Assembly: GCA_012295275.1 (NCBI GenBank)
Contig: CM022666.1
Location: 13,888,001 to 13,952,000 of the forward strand
Length of the DNA: 64,000 bases
Reading direction: 5' to 3'
DNA from: Chrysomallon squamiferum
Lineage: Eukaryota; Animalia; Mollusca
Positions 1-16,524 of the stretch are shown here, in pieces (positions within the stretch are counted from its first letter, which is position 1; each line of letters opens with the position of its first letter). The translations under genes were made by a program, and so were the position numbers. The notes beneath the pieces were generated by a model. That model saw only the letters and a list, made by a program, of their open reading frames with translations. It had not been told where the DNA came from and searched no databases.

Positions 1-449
1 TTGTGTTAGTTTTTTCTTCATTTGTTTTTTCATCAACTTTTATTTTATTTCCCCCCCCCCATTAAAAATATTTTTATTTTATTTACTGGTATAATCACTG
101 TATCCACTTCTATTGAGACGACAACTACTATTATTACCACTACTACGTCTTTTACTACAACAAAAACAATAACTACTACTATTACTACTCTTACTTCTGT
201 TACTAAAACAAAAAAACTACTACTACTACTATTACTACTACTCGTTATAATGACTAATAGGGGAAGATTTTGTTTTATGTTTGACTGAGGAGGATATGGT
301 TGTAATAGTAATATCAGTATTATTATTATTACTAGAAATACCTATAAGTAATAATTTTTTAATAGTAATAATTTATATTTATAGTAATAACACTGTGCCC
401 AGTAAAAAAATCTGTTTCTCTTATGACTGTAAGTCTTTGAATGGCAAAA

Positions 450-535
<86 letters not shown>

Positions 536-1436
536 CGACAGTATATTAACGAACAGGCAAGCATACAGATATGGACAGTCAATAAATTAAGACGATGTTT
601 TAACAGTGACTCCGTTAAACTTCAATAGTTGTTAATATCAAGTTACATTTAAAACTTACGTATTGCTGTTAGCAAGTTGTTTGATATGTATTTTATGTGT
701 GACCTGAAAAGTTATGTGCTTGAATGCGTTCATTGTAGCCTAGAGCCATTTTTTTTTTTTTAAATTTTTTTAGATTTTTATTATTATAATTATTATTTGC
801 TTGGGATTTTTTATATTATATTATATTAAATTATATTATAGTATATTATTTATTTTAATAGGCATTCTCAGTTGATTGTCGTTTATTTTTGTTACGTTCT
901 AACACACGTTAATATGCAGTGTACTGAGTGACATTTTGTGTGGGTTAAAGTTATAAATATACACGTTAGATATCTGCACTGTAAATGTGATATACACTTT
1001 CAGGTGTATTGTATGTCTCACGGGAAAGTGAGAGGCAAAAGTCACATTGTTCAAAATAACCCAAAGAAGAGTTACACAGTTCAAATTAGTTTTATTTAAT
1101 TAAATGTTTAAAAACAGACAATGTTGTCAGTCTTAGAGAATTAGAAAAGTGCGATGGTTTCACAGACACTGGGACGCGATCCGAGTACCTCCTAGTGGTA
1201 GAGTACACAGATTAACACAATGACCAGTGTCACTGACCGCATCTACACTAGCCAAAGTGTTCGGACAACTGAACAATCGATAACTGCGTTCTTCCCCTGG
1301 AGGGCAAAGTTATTTGAAGAGAGAGGCTCATAAAATCTCAAACAATCCGAGTTTGTTTTCTTTTCGTTCACTTGATTTCTTTTGTTTTATTTCTGTTTCT
1401 TTGTCCATTTTTTTCTTCTAATTTTTGTTCCGGTTA

Positions 1437-1486
<50 letters not shown>

Positions 1487-1489
1487 TGC

Positions 1490-1525
<36 letters not shown>

Positions 1526-1643
1526 TACTACTACTACTACTACTATTGTTGATGTTGTTGTTGTTGTTGTTGACGCGGTTGTTGCTGTTGTTGTTATTAC
1601 TATTATTTCAGCTGGTTTCTTCCTTCATTCTTTTTTCTTTCTT

Positions 1644-1679
<36 letters not shown>

Positions 1680-2205
1680 TACAATTATACTGCTCTTGTT
1701 TGTGATAAAAATTAATATAAAATTATCAAAACTAAAACATTTCTTTGTGGATTGCAGTGCTGAAAGCGGTTTGCATATATAACCTCTGACCTCGCTAGAC
1801 AGGTCAGGACAAGAGAGGTCAGGAATCCCGTCAAGCTTGAGTCTTAAAATGTGACATTTCTTACTTTGTTTAATAAGAGTTCTTAACGTCACGTGAACAC
1901 CGCTGTCATTTACGACTGTTACTTAATCACTACAGTAATCCATCAAATTAGCAGCCACCTATTAATGGCTATCATTGACTCTCTGTGTTAATTAGCTCCC
2001 TTAATCTTGTTGGTGTTAACATCTGAATCAAGATTATCGCAGGTGGGGATAATAACGTGTAACAACCGATAATAGGTTAGATGGGATAACAGGTGTTAAT
2101 CTGCTATAATCAGACATGTTTTGATGATGCAACATTTTTACCTGATCCTGAGTTTAAGACAGGTTTTTTTTTCTTTGTCTTCATTTACAAAGCTTTTTTT
2201 TTTTT

Positions 2206-2237
<32 letters not shown>

Positions 2238-2852
2238 CTTTTTTATTTCTTGCTATTTTTATTTTATTTTTTTTTTTATATTTATTTTTTTTTTTTTTTT
2301 TTTTTTTTTTTTGAGAAATGCGAAATACAATTCTTAATATAGAAATTTTAACGTTACATCAAAGGAAAACTTTAGCAGTTATAATGGGAATATATTTGAA
2401 AGGTTATAATGGAAATATATTTGAAAGGAAAGAAAGAGAAAAAGAAAAAAGAAAAAAGAAAAAGAGAAATGCAGTAAAAGTGAGAGAGTTCTAAAGAGTG
2501 GAAGCGAAATGAGAGAAGTGTGCGAATCAAACAGAAAAAGAAATGTCTGGAAGCAGACGAGAAGGGGATTACATAGGCGAGTAAATGATAAGGCGAGTAC
2601 CAAAGACAAGTAAAAAGGAAGTGGAAAAGAAAAGACAAAGCAGGAGAGAGAGAGAGAGTAAGGAATAACCAGAAGGAATGAACGAAAGAAAAAGAGAAGG
2701 AAAGGAATGAAAGGGAAGAAGCCCAACAGAAAACGTATTAAGAAACAAACAACAAATAATAATAATAATAATAAAGGAAATAAATATATCAATAAATAAA
2801 AAAACAGATATATAAATAAATAAATAAATAAATAAATAATAATATAAAATAA

Positions 2853-2904
<52 letters not shown>

Positions 2905-3370
2905 AATAAATAAATAAATAATAATAATAATAAATAAATAAATAAAAAAATAAATAAATAAATAAATAAAATAAACGAAAAAAAAAAAAAGTAAAAAAAT
3001 AAAAAATAAACAAGAAAGAAAGAACAATGATTTGAAACTAAGTGTCAGACTCGATTATCATTCAAACACCGGACACAGTTTCCAAACAGCGCGCGCAGGC
3101 TAGTTTAAATAGGAATTTTGTTAAAAGTATTTGTACCTTTGCTTTCTTCAAACAAGCCAATTAGTCGCTGCAAACAAGCGCGGGAGTTCGCTCGCGATGA
3201 CAGTGTCAGACACAAGACTACAAACTGTGGACAGAACGTGACGTCACTCGCATTAACAACGGAACAGCCGACAATGCGGGAAGATAGTCTCGATTAATGT
3301 AACATTAGATGACTGTGTAGTATTACAGATCGTGCTATGTACAATCAAGGTTGATGTGAAAGAGAACTGT

Positions 3371-3446
<76 letters not shown>

Positions 3447-3453
<7 letters not shown>

Positions 3454-3666
3454 GTTCTGTTAACCTGTTTATTTCCGTCTCTCTGTCTCCCTCTCTGTCT
3501 CTCTCTGTCTGACGTTCTGTTAACCTGTTTATTTCCGTCTCTCTGTCTCCCTCTCTGTCTCTCTCTGTCTGACGTTCTGTTAACCTGTTTATTTCCGTCT
3601 CTCTGTCTCCCTCTCTGTCTCTCTCTGTCTCTCTCTGTCTGACGTTCTGTTAACCTGTTTATTTCC

Positions 3667-3670
<4 letters not shown>
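3447..3670. repeat. 60-bp tandem repeat (~3.5 copies) embedded in (CT)n
   Basis: Unit gacgttctgttaacctgtttatttccgtctctctgtctccctctctgtctctctctgtct; (CT)n at 3373-3450 and 3668-3727. Confidence 0.95.
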
Positions 3671-3729
<59 letters not shown>

Positions 3730-4136
3730 CTTTATAATATATAAACACACACACACACATGTATATGTAAACTATAAATTGTTGTTACAAAACGCACCGT
3801 ATTAAACTCTCTTTGCCAAACACTACTGAACAGTAACGCTTTCTTTTTGTAGCTTTTCAGTCAACCAGGGCGAGGACTTCTCTGCATGACTGTCTGAATT
3901 GTCCCAAGTCCAATAAACTTTGTCTCTATAGAAAACCAAAATACTTCTCTGTCTCTTGAATTGCTTGGAGTTTCGATCTTTTTATTATATCAAGATATTT
4001 ACTTCATTTCGTACGCATATATACATATTAGTGTCATTTGACGTCAACAAAATATTTGTTACGCATGGGAAGTTTTTGCTTATTATTATTGTTAGTACTA
4101 TTAGAACTATTATTATTATTATTATTATTATTATCA

Positions 4137-4183
<47 letters not shown>

Positions 4184-4519
4184 GTGGTGGTGATGTTGTT
4201 CTTTGTACGGTAATGTTATTATTGGTGGTAATGTTATTTTCTTCACCATGTTATCGTTATTAAATTATTAATACTGTTAACTGATGTTGTAGTTGTTGTT
4301 TTTGTTCTTCCTCTTCATCGTCATCATCATCGTCATTATCTTCTTCTTTGTTTTTTTTTTTTCTTTATCATCTATTTTTGAAGGACTGTTTTTTTGTGTT
4401 ACGGTTAATGACAGATCAACTCTGCTGCATTCTGAACATGTAATATTTGCGACCATCACGATGCCTCTGTGTTTGTAATTACAAACAAAGCTAACTTTTA
4501 AATACGAAGAATACCTGAT

Positions 4520-4780
4520 GTAAATGTCTCTTGTACACTGCAAACAACGAGACCTCAGCGGCTCTTCCTTGTTTTCTCCGAGTGACAACGACAGCTCACT
4601 CGCTACCTGTTGCATTGTTTACACGACGCCCCCTGAAATCGTCAAACCAGGCTTCAAAACGCTACTCGTTCAACCGTTCGGCTCGCCTCAAGCGGTCGGG
4701 AACAAGGCAAGTTTTGATTGGCCACTTCTTCTCTGTTTGTTCGTCTCCGCTGGTGCGCGACCCACTGGTTTTTTTTTTTT
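4520..4780 (+). promoter_or_regulatory. CpG-rich putative promoter/5' end region for the cadherin distal first exon
   Basis: Local GC/CpG enrichment in an AT-rich background, with an inverted CCAAT (ATTGG) near 4717. A second CpG cluster at 3050-3330 has a CCAAT near 3158 and a perfect CRE TGACGTCA at 3239-3246. Confidence 0.35.
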
Positions 4781-6803
4781 TATTTTTATTTTTTTATTTC
4801 TTTTCATTTCGCTCTCTTCACTGGATAATAAAAACTAACTCGGCAAGAGGACGAGTTTAGACTATGAAAAGAACGCGAAGGAAAATAACTGTGTCATGAA
4901 GATCTAGGTTTTGTCGTGACTGCGTGAGAGGACAGTTTCGTTCGGAATGATTTATTTTTGAATGTCTTCGTGTAACTTCGGGAATGTGGCTCAAACAAGC
5001 TTTTATCATTGTTTGAATCGGTGTACATCGCAATTCTGGGTGGACGGATTGTTATTGGTTTTTTTTTTATCCAGAAGTGTACTTTTTAAACAACTGTAGT
5101 TATTTGATGTGAAAGCAAAGTGTACAAAAGATGCGACTTAAGAACGTGATCATGTTTAATACACATTTTAACTCTTTCTCACGGGTCAAGTAATTAACGT
5201 CGTTTTATAAAAAAATTTCAAGCTGGACAGGAACCGTAACAAGGGATCAGAACTTTTGAAAAGTATTATCGGGATCAGTCGCGTATTTTCGGACATTAAA
5301 GTTGAGGATTATTTCCTAGACCGTTAACACGAGCAAGATTAATTCTGGATCAAAATAAGATCAAAGGTGGACTGTGACGTTGTTACATAATGTAACACAG
5401 TATTTTGTAACGCAGAGAAGTTGATGTAACAACAGATAACAAGGAAGTATGTAATGCTGTACGAACTGAAGTCGCCAGGAATCTGAGAGAGACTATAAAT
5501 ACAACGTTACGGTGATGTGACAAAGGACAGTTTGTTACACGTTGTGAAGTGAGATTACAAAAAACTGTAAGTATATCACACGAAATTAAAGTGAGATTCC
5601 CAGAGGAAAATACATAGCATGACAGTGAGATCGCGGGAGATCAATTAAAACGTATACAACATTGTATAAACGTGAGAAAAAACAAAACATCTGTTAGAAA
5701 GTACGAACAGCAGTAGAAATCGAAGATAGAAACATTTTCTTTCAAAGTTAGCCTGAAATACAGCGACAAAGAAGACACATATATATTTGTGTAGTGTTAC
5801 GAAAGTTCAGAAGGATTACAGGTATTAAAACACAAAGATTATGAATCACTTGTTCAACTGTTAAACACAAATACCACGGATCTGCTATTAAAACTTTTGG
5901 CTCAAAACTGTAGCTTGAGATGATTCAAAACAAATAACGAAAAACGTTCAGTAAACGTCGACTTTTATTTAATATTGCGTCTACAGTTTTAAAATAAAAC
6001 CACAAACACGTGAGGTAAAAGATTTTTCAGCTGAGATATTTGATATTTCTTCAAGTCCGCAGATCATAAAACAAACAGCTATCGTTCCGTGAACCGTCTA
6101 TTATAACAAGTGGATTATTTGCACGTTCTCGAAATCCAAAACTAACAGCTCTTTCGTTTGGGGATTTTTTTTTTCTCGGTTACATCATTATTTTCAGCCG
6201 ACTACACTGGCAGCTACCCAAAGATTTTTTTTTTATTTTTTTTTTTATCATTTTTATTTTTAAAACCCTCTACTCGTTTTCCTCTGGATCTCTATCAAAA
6301 GAAACAGAATTATCATCTCACCATTCACGTGCCTTTCTATTCATAGATCTGGATTAACGTAATCGTAACGTTTGAATTTGTTTTTAGCCCACTGACGAAA
6401 GGACTTCAGACTTATTTACGCAAGACTTGAAAAGACTTTGACGCGAAGTTTTTCCAGAATTGGTTTAATTTGACGACAGACGTTTTCACCTGTACTCATT
6501 CTTGTCTAAAGATAGAATCACATTGGCACGCATTATCTCTCAGCTCACATCTTTGTTTTCAGTGTCTTGCCAGGATTTCCCTTCACCAGAGTTGCTCTGT
6601 CTCCTCTGCTCGGGTTTTGGAAGTGATAGTTTGCTTACCCCCAGGGATAAATCTTCTACCTACTTGTCTAGGGCGCGGACCACACAGGAATACTTATTTA
6701 CAAGGCTTAGATTTGTGTCCCCGTCAAACTTTGAAAGTGGATCCGGGATGCTGTTGTTGTAGCTGTGTGTTTGGAAATTTCTGATCGTGGACTTTAAAAA
6801 AAA

Positions 6804-6842
6804 ATGATCAGTTTCGTGGGACAAGGAAAGCTGAAATCAAAG
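6804..6842 (+). CDS. Candidate distal first coding exon end of the cadherin (MISFVGQGKLKSK), preceded by ~2 kb of non-repetitive putative 5' UTR
   Basis: aaaATG at 6804, 13 codons, consensus donor AAG|gtaagt at 6843. Phase 0 joins in frame to the 32024 acceptor (ATA ATT AAC ATG). Upstream 4500-6800 is free of microsatellites and CpG-containing. The link to the cadherin is inferred. Confidence 0.55.
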
Positions 6843-6854
6843 GTAAGTTAATTT

Positions 6855-6894
<40 letters not shown>

Positions 6895-8769
6895 CTACCT
6901 TAAAATCAGTTATTTTCGTAATTATAATTGGATAAAATAAGAGTAATGATACTTTGCTCTAGAGATCAGACATTTGTCAGGTACTGCCCAGTATACCCAA
7001 AGAACGACAAAGATACTCCATGAATATTATTTAATCTTCTTTTTTTACTTTTTTAAATAAATAAAAGACCTCGACGCATATAAAATAAATAAAAAATTGA
7101 AATTAATTATCAGAGCTTCTTCTGTTTACAAAGTAATTTTAATATAAATTGTTAGAAGATATTTCCAGTTTACATACTGGATGACTCATATACACACACC
7201 ACTCATACATGTGCACACATAGACTCGCAAACACACATAATTATGCACACAGAAACACACACACAAATATGCATGAAAACGTACACACATATTAACATAC
7301 GTGTATAGATGAATATAAGTAAAATAAAGAAATTAACGAAAACGAGAAGAAAACAATTGACGTCTTATGTTAAAATAAACTTTTATATCAAATTTCAGTA
7401 ACTTTTCTTTTGAACCATCTCTTCTTTTTCTCTCTTCTTTTATTCGCAGTAATTATGAACTATTTTTTAAATAATAATTTTGTATTCTTCTGATGAACGG
7501 TAATTAGTATTCATGAATGTTAAATGATTGGTAATATTTTGAACAAATTATATACCTATGTTTATAATCATTTACATATATTTATTCCTATTATTCCTAT
7601 TATTTATTCTTATAAAATATTTAACTTTCTATCTATCTGTCTGTCTAGCTGTCTATCTGTATATATTGTTTATTACATATATCTTATGATGATCGTTAAT
7701 GGAGTCGTATAATGATGAAGATGATAATGTTGATGATAATGTTGATGATAATGATGAAAAATTGATGATAAAAAGATAAAGGATGATCAAAGATGAAACA
7801 AAAAAGAAAGAAGTAACAAATACAATAAGAACAAGAAGGTGCATTAAAAACAAAACAAGACTAAATGAAAACAATTCCAAATATTTAAAACACTAAAATA
7901 TTAATTCTTTCTTTATCTGCTTGGAAAGAGAGAGAAACACTTGATAGAAAATACCAGGAATAACAGAATTTGTCGAATTTCGAACGAAACTGTTATATTT
8001 AAACCTACAGATAACAAAACATTCTTCTAAACATCTTTGACAGAAGAAGGATTTTTTTTTTTTAGCAAAGACGAAATAACAACAGCAACAACATGATGAA
8101 CAATTTGTTGTTGTTGATGATATAACTTTTGCTTTTAAGGTTTGATGATGATGATGATGATCATAATAACCTCAGTAGTAATAACAGTAACAGCAACAAC
8201 AAGAACAAAATAATAAATAAATAATAACCTTTATATTCAGAAATACACAACAATGCTGACTTTTTATTTATTTATTTATTTATTTGTTTATTTATTTATT
8301 TATCTTTTTATTTTATGTTGATATTTCAGTATAAGACGAACACTGAGCTATTCTTTTGAATAAAATCATGAATAATACAAAATTTTAAAACTGCTCATTT
8401 GAATTTAAAATATATGCATGACGAATAAGCAGCTTATTCTTTCCTCTCTGACAAACGTCATCATCATCGTCGTCTTCGTTAATCATATTTATTGTTCAGA
8501 TTCTATTATATCAACTACAACGTCTACACTTATTACTACTATTGCTATTACAACCATTATTTCTACCACTGCTACAACAACAGCTACTATTAGCGGCTAC
8601 AAAATCAGTTAATATTACCACTACTTCTACAACTTCAGCTGCAACGACTACTACTACTATTTCCACTACACCTACAACAACAAAAGTAGCTACTACTTAT
8701 TACTATTACCGCTACAAGCATCAAAGCTACTAATATTTCTGTTATTGTTTTTCTTGTTACTGTTATCCC

Positions 8770-8812
<43 letters not shown>

Positions 8813-9480
8813 TCTTAACGAGAAAAGCCTTTGATCCGGACCACATTTTGATTAATTTATTTTATTTACGTGCTAAAGACGCCTTTCCTGGCCACGTCTC
8901 AAACTCGAGTCTGAACTCTGTAATTACCTACGTCAGCGTTCACAGCAGCCTTAGACTGAGAAAGTTAACACAGTGACTAAGCTGTTTCCCACGAACCCAC
9001 CTCGCTGCTTAAACACCCGTCTCACAGTCACTTTGAATGGTGGTTTTAGTGTGGTTATATAGCCTATGTTTAAAACCCTCGGGTTAAGGTCGCTATCTCA
9101 AAGTATTGATGTTTAAGTTAAAAACAGTATGTTTGTTATGAAAATGCAGTCCAAAATAAACAACAATTACAAAAAGAAAAAAAGAAAAAATTAAGAAAAT
9201 AGCAGCGAGGGTTCATAACGAGATATAGAACTGCGGGTTCTAAGTTTTAATCTTCTCTTTTTTTTTTTTTTTTTTAGCGTTATATTGTAAATAATGTTTA
9301 ATGTTCTGGCTTCTAGGTTAATTTTCGTAGTATGTGACAGAAGTATGATGAACTATTTAATGTAGTTATAAATATATTTTTGGTATATAACAGAGATTTA
9401 TCCAGTTCCAACTATATATGTGATATTAAAAACTATTTATACATATTTGTAGTTATATATATATATATGTGTGTTTGTAT

Positions 9481-9593
<113 letters not shown>

Positions 9594-10110
9594 ACAACCT
9601 TAAACCTCGCCTATAAAAGGATTGTGAATGTGCTCCTGGTCTTTGCAAACACGTAAATAAAACTTTGGTTGTTTCTCACGGACAGTTTGCTTGTTAGGAA
9701 GTCCACTGTTGTTATCACAAAACTTAGTAACGGACACACTACGCACCGGTTAGAGCCGCAAGCAAACGAATACTACCGTTAGAGTTGAACCATTCAAGCA
9801 TTAGTAACACGTTGTTTTCAAGTCTTTTGACGCTCTAAATGGGTTTTTAACATTCTACAGAGAATCTTTTTTTACTTCTTTTTTTTTTTTTTAGTCTATA
9901 AAACTGTAGAAATCTTAAAGTACTCGTTATATTTAATTTTAACGGAATCAAAATACCAAATTATGTGAGTATGAGTGTGTGTGTTTTGCGATCTAATGAA
10001 ATATCAAAATATTTTACATTTAAAATTCAAGATAAAAGTAAAATTTTTTTTAACAATTACCTATCTCCTAATATACAATTGCTTGTTATTTGTAATACTG
10101 AACACATACA

Positions 10111-10144
<34 letters not shown>

Positions 10145-10765
10145 CATACATACATACATATATACATACGTAAATACATACATACATACATACATACGTA
10201 AATACATACATACATACATACATAAATACGCACATAAACACATAAATGCATACATTACATATATTTACATAAATATTATTTCGTCTGTTTAAACAGGCTA
10301 ATGTAACACTATACAAACATCAGCTGAATTCTTTTCTTCAAAACGGGAGTGGCCAGTCACGTGTTTTTCGCGTGAGTCAAGGTAGTGAAAGGGTTTTAGT
10401 GATATCTAAACAATAGATTCATTGTTGCTAAAAATAATTTATAAAAATTAGTATATATTCAGGATCTGCATATTACTTAAAATAATATATCAAAACAGGT
10501 ATGTATATATATATATCTTGAGGATCATCTATATTTAGTTGGTTTTAAGTCTTGAACTACTGAACTGAAGTAACTGGTGAAGTGATTACAATACGTGATG
10601 TCATCCGTTTACTTTTGATATATTCTAAACATCTGCGTTCTAATTCATAAAACAAATATACACAGTTCATTAATATGAATCGATCCCATTATCCTTCTAA
10701 TAATTGAAAAGTTAAATGTAATTTGCTTACTTCTGATTATTATTGTTATTATTATTTTATTATTG

Positions 10766-11147
<382 letters not shown>

Positions 11148-11582
11148 AATACATTAACACCCACATGTAATCCGCATACTATTAATTTTTGTTTGAATTT
11201 TAACATGTTGATCCTCTTTGACTATTTATCGTTACGCTGTGGTGATCGTTGAAGCTGTCGTCCTCATTGTAAAGTCATTTTCTTTTATTCGGTCACAGGT
11301 GGTTGCCTGTATTGTGCAATCTTGATAAATGACAAATAAAATACGACAGATTTATGTGTGTGTGTTTTATTCGACTCCGTGAGAAGGTGCTCCACAAAAC
11401 GTGGAGGAATTTCATTGCATTATTCACGTCATTGTAGAGTGAGTTATGCGGAATAAAAGGACAAACAAATAAATAAAAAAACATAATAAAAAAATAAAAA
11501 TAAAAAAAAATAAGAAAAAATACAATAAAAAATATCAAATCAAATAAATAAAATAAAAAAGAGAGAAAGAAATCTAAATAAG

Positions 11583-11614
<32 letters not shown>

Positions 11615-11846
11615 AGTGAATCTTATACATCTAAATCGTAATAATAATAAAATTCCATTTCGTTTGTATATAAAATATAACCTATACATACGTACATCGA
11701 TACACATACATGCATACGTTCACATACATACATACATACATACATACATGTATACATACATACATACATATATACACACACGTACATACATACATACATA
11801 CAAATACATAAACATATACACACGCATCCATATAAAACAAGTACAA

Positions 11847-11878
<32 letters not shown>

Positions 11879-12253
11879 AGAAAGAATGAAGACGTGTTTC
11901 TGTGTTAGATAAGATGTGTTGCTAGATTCATGGACACTGGTTCAGCTCTGGGGCGCCAGAAAATATTTTCCTTTGTTTCGATTTAGTCCTGTTGTCCAGC
12001 CTTTCAGTTCCGCCTTTTGTATGATACCTGCTCTGTGAAACGCGTCTAAAAGACGGTTATTATTATTATTATTATTATTTAGTCAAAGCCACACCTCTGA
12101 TTACACGAGATTTCGACGCAACGAAAACATGTCGTTTTCAATAACATTTTTTTTTTCTTTCTTGTCGTAGTTCATCGTGGAAAAGATGACTAAAAGAGAG
12201 TCAGACTAAAAATAAAATAAATAAATATATAGATATTTGAGGATAGTTTATAT

Positions 12254-12341
<88 letters not shown>

Positions 12342-12493
12342 AAGAACAAAAACAATATAACAACACAACAACAACGGTATCGATTATGTTGGTTATGATG
12401 ATAATAATAATAATAATAATACAATCATTCCGATATTCACCATCAACAACAATATAACATTTCCTGTTAATAACTGTAGCACAAGAACAAAAT

Positions 12494-12529
<36 letters not shown>

Positions 12530-12769
12530 CTGGACTTGACAAAATTATTATTATTATTATTTTTTTATGTTAATCAGAAATAAAAACAAAATATTTGTTT
12601 CTGCTAGTTTGTCCGGAAACCGGAAGTTTCATTATATCACGAACCTTAAATATTTTTTACGAAATAACTGAAATTTCTTCTTCATTTTTTCTTTTTTTTC
12701 TTCTTGCATTGTTTGTCCATTCTTTTATTATTATTATTTTTTTTTCTCATAGATATTTACCAAATTTGG

Positions 12770-12809
<40 letters not shown>

Positions 12810-13251
12810 AAAACAAAATTCACATTCACATACATATTTATGAAATACAGTTAGAATTACCATCTATGGTTTAGTATTTTTTCGTTTGCATGTTAAAACG
12901 GTGTGTCACGAAATTTAGCGAAGCAAAGTCAACCAATCAAAGATGGAGGAATTTCCTCACGGAAATACAACACATTGTTGTCACTGTATGCTATAGAAAG
13001 GTCGGTACGATCTGTCGATATCAAAATCGGTAAAACTCGGAAATGAAACGAGCATAGCAGCAAAGCAGATCAGTTGGAAACAAACATACAACTTTGACAA
13101 ATAAATAACGATATTTGTTTCAGTTTTCGTTTCCTTTTGTTCTTCCTTCCTTCCTTCCTTCTTTCCATCTTTCTTTATAAAGAAATGAATGTAATAATAA
13201 GATGAAAGTCAAAAAAAAAAAAATCAATCAATAATTTGGCGGTTTTTTATT

Positions 13252-13321
<70 letters not shown>

Positions 13322-13479
13322 GCACACATATACAAATGTATGAAAATAAGCATGTATGCAAATACATACACACACAAACACACACGGATGAATGTGTGTA
13401 TGTATGCATATGTATGTATGTATATATATAGGTATCTCTTCTTACATATATACCTATCTATATTTATCTATATAGCTGT

Positions 13480-13582
13480 TTAACTATCTATCTATCTCTC
13501 TATCTCTCTATCTATCTATCTATCTATCTCTCTATCTGTCAGTCTATATATCTATATATCTGTCTGTCTGTCTATCTATCTA

Positions 13583-13645
<63 letters not shown>

Positions 13646-13789
13646 GTCTGTCAGTCTATCTATCTATCTATCCATCTATCTGTCAGTATCTATCTATCTA
13701 TCTGTCTGTCTGTCTATCTATCTCTCTATCTGTCAGTCTATATATCTATCTATCTGTCTGTCTGTCTATATATCTATCTATCTGTCTAT

Positions 13790-13823
<34 letters not shown>

Positions 13824-13926
13824 GTCAGTCTATCTATCTATCTATCTATCTATCCATCTATCTATCTGTCAGTATCTATATATCTGTCTGTCTATCTATC
13901 TCTCTATCTGTCAGTCTATATATCTA

Positions 13927-13969
<43 letters not shown>

Positions 13970-14010
13970 GTATATCTATCTATCTATCTGTCAGTCTATC
14001 TATCTATCTC
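13480..14010. repeat. Compound (TCTA)n/(TCTG)n microsatellite
   Basis: Direct reading; interspersed tctgtcag variants. Confidence 0.95.
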
Positions 14011-16184
14011 TCTTCCTCATCTCTCTCTTTCTGAATAAACTAATACACAGTAATATTTTATACACAAATAAATATACTAATTATCTACGTTTGACTGGTT
14101 TAACCCCAAATTTTTAACATTCCACGTGAGTTTTTGTTGTTGGATAACAAACAAAACGAAGTGTTAAACTTTCACCGAAACAGAAAAAATAAAAATTAAT
14201 TTTCTGGCCAATTTATTCGTTCAGTGGGGTGCATGAAATTGTTTTTTTTTTAATAGAAAATCTTTTTGTTCAACTGAACAATGAAAGGCATGCTTGCTAT
14301 TAGTCCACTTCATTTTTTCTATTACATTTTGTTTTGTTTTCATTCCATGCAATAATATTGACGCCACGAATTGTGCTTGCTTGAACTGTTTGCTATTGTG
14401 TCTGCGAGAAAAGACATGCTCGTCAAATTTCGACACTTTCCGTTACATTCCGCCACATTTCGTTTCGTTTGTTGTAAAGCAGTGATGTTGACATTATTAC
14501 AGACTGCAATGTGGTTCTTAAACGTTAAAGATGCGACTGTAATTTAAGTATTATTTCTTCTACGCTTGGTTAATTGTATTAAAGATTATTTCCCATTCTT
14601 GACGTAACTCTAGAATTAGTGTTTGAAAAAGATGAGTTTTTATTTCAAAATACAGATGGTATATCGTTTTATTTTGGTTTTACTTTCTGATTACATTTTC
14701 TTTTTTTTTTTTTTTGGCCTTTTTCATTCTTATTTTCATTTTCATACTTTCGTGTTTTTGTTTTTTTTATATTGTTCAGTAAGAGATTATGGAATAAATA
14801 AATCTTGTGTTAAGATAAATTGAATTTTTTTTCTGCAAGTGTCTATCAAATTAAATGTAACTGATTGCTATATTAAACATGAAAAGCAGAAACCACGAAA
14901 TTATGCCCTTCCAAAAGTCCATATTATAATACAGAATATATGCATGTGTATGTGTGTGTGTGTGTGCGCGCGCGCGCGCGCGTTTTTATGTGTGTTGTGT
15001 GGGTGTGTATATTTGTATGTAGGAGTATAAGATTATCAAATGAAACATCTTGGGCAAAGAAAAATCTTAGAAATGTCATTTTCTGAAAATTTGGCACAAC
15101 GAAGATCCAAATCATCTCAGCTACATGTATACACATTAGTCAGACACACACACGCAGACACACACACGCAGACATACACACACACACGCAGACATACACA
15201 CACACACGCAGACATACACACACACACGCAGACATACACACACATACACCGGCAAACACACACACACGCAGACATACACACACACACGCAGACACACACA
15301 TATGCACGTATATACTCAAAATATGAAAAAGTGTGCCATGCAAATATAGGTACATGTCTGCATGTGAAAATTAGTACGTGTTTGTATTTGTATGTGAGTA
15401 TATGCGTATATAATGTCTGTGTGTGTGTGTGTGTGTGTGTATGAAGGTCATTACGATAGCTAAAGTTAATTTAAATTATTTAAATCCTCCTAACCTGGAA
15501 ATACAGCTTGAATACTAGAAAATAAATTACAATAACAGCTTTTCTTGTTAGCTGCTTCACAACGTACGAGCACTGAATGTCTCGTATAAATCTCCTTCAC
15601 ACAAACCTCGATTTGATATTTTTACTGTCAGAGAAACACGGTTCACGGAGTTCGTTGCGAAACTTCCAGACAAAGCAGGTCTGTTTCACACCCCAAACAG
15701 CGCTCTGAAGGAATGCATACCCTTGAGGATTATCTCCCTTTGAAAGAAGAAACCAGTCGACTAATCACACGCTCTGCACCAATCAGTGGATTTTTGGCTC
15801 TTTGTTCAGGGGGTTGACTGTAACGTTTAAGACCGCGGGTAGAAGTAATTACAGGTTCTGACCACAAACAACCGCGACTAAGAATGGGACATTGATGCGG
15901 AAGAGCGACTAAGCGGTTAGTGTTAACACCGAGTTTTGTGTGAGCCGCGGGTAGTTTACGGGTTTCTTTTCTAGCGGTAGGTGTCGGGTGAAAAGGTAAA
16001 GGTCACAGAGTTGTGTAAAACAGAGGGAAATGTTTCTTGTAAAAATTCACATTTAGTTTTGTTGTGTCGTCACATGTTTGGTCGTATTTTTATGTTTTTT
16101 TTGTATTTCAGATATTTCTTTATGAAATTTAGAAAATGTTTTCATGTTTGAGATTTTTTATTGATGGGAAAAGGGAAGAAAGAG

Positions 16185-16276
<92 letters not shown>

Positions 16277-16431
16277 TGATAGATAGAAAGAGATAAAGAC
16301 AGAGAGAAAAATAAATGGAGATAGAGAGAAAGACGAATGGAGAGAAAAATAAATGGAGAGAGAGAAAGAGGTAAAGATAGAGAGAGAAAGATAAAGATAG
16401 AGCAAAATAGATGGGGAGGGAGAGGGTGAGT

Positions 16432-16524
<93 letters not shown>

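Noticed and set aside
1150-1260. Possible tRNA gene or tRNA-derived SINE head on the minus strand
   Set aside because: Only weak A/B-box resemblance and no cloverleaf could be built; at most a highly decayed SINE.
6470-6784. 104-aa and 86-aa ORFs upstream of the 6843 donor
   Set aside because: Non-ATG starts, no recognisable domain, and both stop before the donor; treated as leader sequence.
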